Source: Candidatus Enterousia sp.
GTDB taxonomy: Bacteria; Pseudomonadota; Alphaproteobacteria; Rs-D84
Direction of reading: 5' to 3'
NCBI GenBank assembly: GCA_045613445.1
Contig: JAZLAZ010000027.1
Location: 674-64,673 of the forward strand
DNA: 64,000 nucleotides
In this document: one piece after another, positions 61,682 to 64,000 of the stretch
Layout: every line of letters starts with the position of its first letter
Numbering within the stretch: position 1 is the first letter of the stretch
Program-made: the position numbers and the translations under genes
The notes under the pieces: model-generated
The model's database searches: none
Told to the model about the DNA's origin: nothing
The model's input: only the letters and a program-made list of their open reading frames with translations

Positions 61682-62158
61682 TTACCAAACCGCCTCAAAA
61701 AAATTATCTCGGAATACATAGCTTTCAATCAAACTATCTGTACATAAACGCGCACAATTCGAAACACATGCATCAACATCATCATACACACGGACAAACA
61801 TTGGATATGTTGTCGCCGGCCGCAACATTGAACACCAGCAATTTTTACCACTATTATCACCAGCCACAACTATACCAGATGTATTTACATCATACATATC
61901 ACCACCGCCTGCAAATTCCGAACACGACACAATACCACGAATATTGCGCTGAGCACCGTACATTGTTGCCAATGTGTCATAATTTACATCAATACGCCAA
62001 TTCATACCATCAATAGACGGAACACCATATTTAACCACCCCATCTGCATCCTTGTCCAATACAATCAAGATCGAATAATCAGCCATACATATTTTCGCAT
62101 CCGCAACACCCGAACAACAAAAATAACAAGCCAACAAACAAAAATGCTTCATTTTCAC
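61682..62158 (-). CDS. Small secreted Cys-rich protein (CWC family paralog)
   Basis: Signal peptide; G..SC...G.NCWC...P...C..NCA.LC...FR. Confidence 0.75.
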   Translation of the reverse strand: MKMKHFCLLACYFCCSGVADAKICMADYSILIVLDKDADGVVKYGVPSIDGMNWRIDVNYDTLATMYGAQRNIRGIVSCSEFAGGGDMYDVNTSGIVVAGDNSGKNCWCSMLRPATTYPMFVRVYDDVDACVSNCARLCTDSLIESYVFRDNFFEAVW

Positions 62159-62165
62159 CCTCTCT

Positions 62166-62942
62166 CTAATTCACCGTATGATACAGCGCATCATTATATT
62201 TAACATTTATCGCCCCCACAGCAGATTCCGGCAACATGTTCACATAACATGTTTTCGACGAACCAGATCGTATATTTAACGATGGCGTCGTCAATTTGCT
62301 GTTATACACCGGTGCAATAACACCTGTACTGGTCCGCAAATAGCGCAACCCCGAAACATTACACAATGCAACACAGTTACCTAAATAATTCATTTCATAG
62401 CCCACAGCACACATACGCAACACAATCATATTATCTGGAACATCCACATATGGATACGACCAAACATACATTTGCTGCTCATCCGACACATGCGAACCAT
62501 CATACCCACCCAAAACACTCAAACCAGACGGACATTCTGTATCATCAGAGGCCAACCGAACCGTATCCGCCGTAAACATATCACGATAACCCGACGGACA
62601 CAATTCGGCATTTTCAGTATACTTCACACATTCACTACCATTATAAAACCCATCATCACACACCACATTATCTTCAGCCATTAGCATATACACACCTTTG
62701 CCTTGGGCCGCCGCTGTGGCACACTTTCCATCAAACGACACCCCACTGTGATAAATTACGCGACGCGTATAACCAGTCATACACTTATCATTATCATACC
62801 GTTGACATCCATATGTTGCAGTACCATCAGAATCACTGGTCACCATTGTTGGAAACCCGCCATCACACAGCACCGTATCGGGCAGGGCGCCATTCGCCCC
62901 ACACATATACACACAACAAAAACAACAGACAATATATTTCAA
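62166..62942 (-). CDS. Secreted Cys-rich protein with conserved C-terminal domain
   Basis: GGGGGTG RBS, TTG start at 62942, signal-like LKYIVCCFCCVYMCGANG, CPSG repeats, C-terminus TTPSLNI...VKYNDALYH. Confidence 0.7.
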   Translation of the reverse strand: MKYIVCCFCCVYMCGANGALPDTVLCDGGFPTMVTSDSDGTATYGCQRYDNDKCMTGYTRRVIYHSGVSFDGKCATAAAQGKGVYMLMAEDNVVCDDGFYNGSECVKYTENAELCPSGYRDMFTADTVRLASDDTECPSGLSVLGGYDGSHVSDEQQMYVWSYPYVDVPDNMIVLRMCAVGYEMNYLGNCVALCNVSGLRYLRTSTGVIAPVYNSKLTTPSLNIRSGSSKTCYVNMLPESAVGAINVKYNDALYHTVN

Positions 62943-62961
62943 CCCAACACCCCCTACACAT

Positions 62962-63137
62962 AAAAAAAAACCACCGCGACTTATCAGGTGGTTGGAGTTG
63001 GTAACAATAGCAAGAATTGCATGCTTATTCAATATATTCGCATACTCCAACCAACAGTTGGAATATGTTTTTACGTCTTTTCTGACGCTTGCTATATAGT
63101 GGGTTACCAGCCCAATCAACAGAACACCTGCAGACCC
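62962..63137 (-). ncRNA. C4/CI-like antisense RNA module 2
   Basis: Perfect 10-bp P1 (63044-53/62989-98), P2 ATGC/GCAT enclosing GAATA...GAATAA, P3 GCAAT/ATTGT. Loop and bulge are complementary to 63088-63109. Terminator 62962-62993. Confidence 0.75.
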
Positions 63138-63141
63138 TATT

Positions 63142-63171
63142 AGTATATCACATCACTTTAACACATGTCAA
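63142..63171 (-). promoter_or_regulatory. Sigma70 promoter of RNA module 2
   Basis: TTGACA-N18-TATACT. Confidence 0.75.
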
Positions 63172-63249
63172 ACACATACATAAAAACACCTAGACTTTTG
63201 TTCCTATTTTCGTATAAAATTATCCCAACATAAATCCAGGGAAACTATT

Positions 63250-63795
63250 ATGTTCATTTTAAAACCATTTATTCTTACACTTATTGCGTGTGCTGTAACG
63301 ATTCCAAATATCGTACACGCAAACGATTTTGACATTGAACGAATTGGTGACTTATTGATGGTTATAACACCTGCATATGCACTGGGCATGACCAGTCGAG
63401 AAAACAATTTCGACGGCACAATTCAATTTATAAAAAGTTTTGCTGCAACACAATTAGCCACCGAAGGCATCAAAGCTTTTGAATTAGAAGAACGGCCAAA
63501 CGGTTCCAATCGTCGCTCTTTCCCCAGCGGTCACACTGCTGCTGCATTCAGTGGCGCAATGTTCATCCACAAACGATATGGATGGCAACCTGCAGTTATT
63601 CCATACATTATGGCCGGCGTAACAGGATGGACACGCGTACATGCAAAAATGCATTATTGGCACGATGTGTTCGCTGGTGCTGCAGTTGCTGCACTATGCA
63701 CATGGACATTAGTAGACAAATACAACACCGGATCATATATTACCGTTTCTGCAGATACAACTGGTGCAACGCTAAACTTTTCAACACAATTTTAA
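63250..63795 (+). CDS. PAP2-family phosphatase (possible lipid A 1-phosphatase)
   Basis: K......RP, SFPSGH, TRV...MHY..DV.AG. Confidence 0.85.
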   Translation: MFILKPFILTLIACAVTIPNIVHANDFDIERIGDLLMVITPAYALGMTSRENNFDGTIQFIKSFAATQLATEGIKAFELEERPNGSNRRSFPSGHTAAAFSGAMFIHKRYGWQPAVIPYIMAGVTGWTRVHAKMHYWHDVFAGAAVAALCTWTLVDKYNTGSYITVSADTTGATLNFSTQF

Positions 63796-63871
63796 GATTA
63801 TATATCTAAAAAGATATAGACTTTTAATCCTATTTAGATTACAAATACTTTCGTGTAAGATATACTTCATA

Positions 63872-64000
63872 TATCTTTCACAAAGACATAGTTAGTGGCT
63901 TTGGCTTAGAACACCAAAACATTGATTTTTTGCCTCTGGCATGTCCCGACCAACGTGGTCGGGATGTCGTTATTCGCAAGGATAGCGAGGTCATTTCAAT
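63872..64000 (+). ncRNA. C4/CI-like antisense RNA module 3 (truncated by window end)
   Basis: TATACT at 63861-66; target hairpin TTTGG-CTTAGAACA-CCAAA plus ATTGA; anti-P1 TCCCGACCA/TGGTCGGGA; P2 TCGTTATTC-GCAA-GGATAGCGA; P3 loop begins TTCAAT. Confidence 0.55.

Noticed and set aside
62943-63119. N-terminal extension of the 317-aa ORF
   Set aside because: Runs through RNA module 2 and its terminator; the RBS and signal peptide point to a TTG start at 62942.
62962-63137. 6S RNA interpretation of module 2 (or module 1)
   Set aside because: Size fits, but there is no two-sided central bubble, and three related copies with covarying internal complementarity fit a C4-like model better. Not formally excluded without cmsearch.
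1-64000. Prophage, IS, CRISPR-Cas, retron or DGR
   Set aside because: No integrase, transposase, reverse transcriptase, cas or phage structural gene recognised in the window.

Overview
This is a 64-kb, AT-rich, gene-dense chromosomal window from a streamlined alphaproteobacterium. Evidence for that placement: gcrA, ruvB-ybgC-tolQRA, lpxA-lpxB, an M23 peptidase-bactofilin pair and an RpoH-type dnaK promoter. The style suggests an uncultured host-associated lineage such as Rs-D84/'Ca. Enterousia' (inference only). Housekeeping genes (dnaK, rplY, gpmI, rsmH, dnaE, secA, argS, rplM/rpsI, tig, thyA, bamD, murJ, rlpA, leuS, three tRNAs, rnpB) are interspersed with lineage-specific secreted Cys-rich and LRR-like surface proteins. 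Main finding: three divergent non-coding modules (about 53.6-53.8 kb minus, 62.96-63.14 kb minus, and 63.87 kb to the window end plus) share the architecture of phage C4/CI antisense immunity RNAs. Each runs promoter, bipartite upstream target, anti-P1 hairpin, three-stem RNA, terminator; the third is cut by the window edge. Their guide and target sequences differ between copies but stay complementary within each copy, and no phage genes are nearby. The two complete modules lie upstream of surface-protein genes that share an unnamed C-terminal domain, and one module plus its gene sits between identical 34-bp direct repeats. Other points: an RNase P RNA apparently lacking P13/P14, a non-proteobacterial-type LeuRS, two apparent pseudo-enzymes, a 497-bp tandem duplication, and a pair of paralogous secreted proteins with a translocator-like insert. 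All calls were made by eye; no database searches or folding programs were run.
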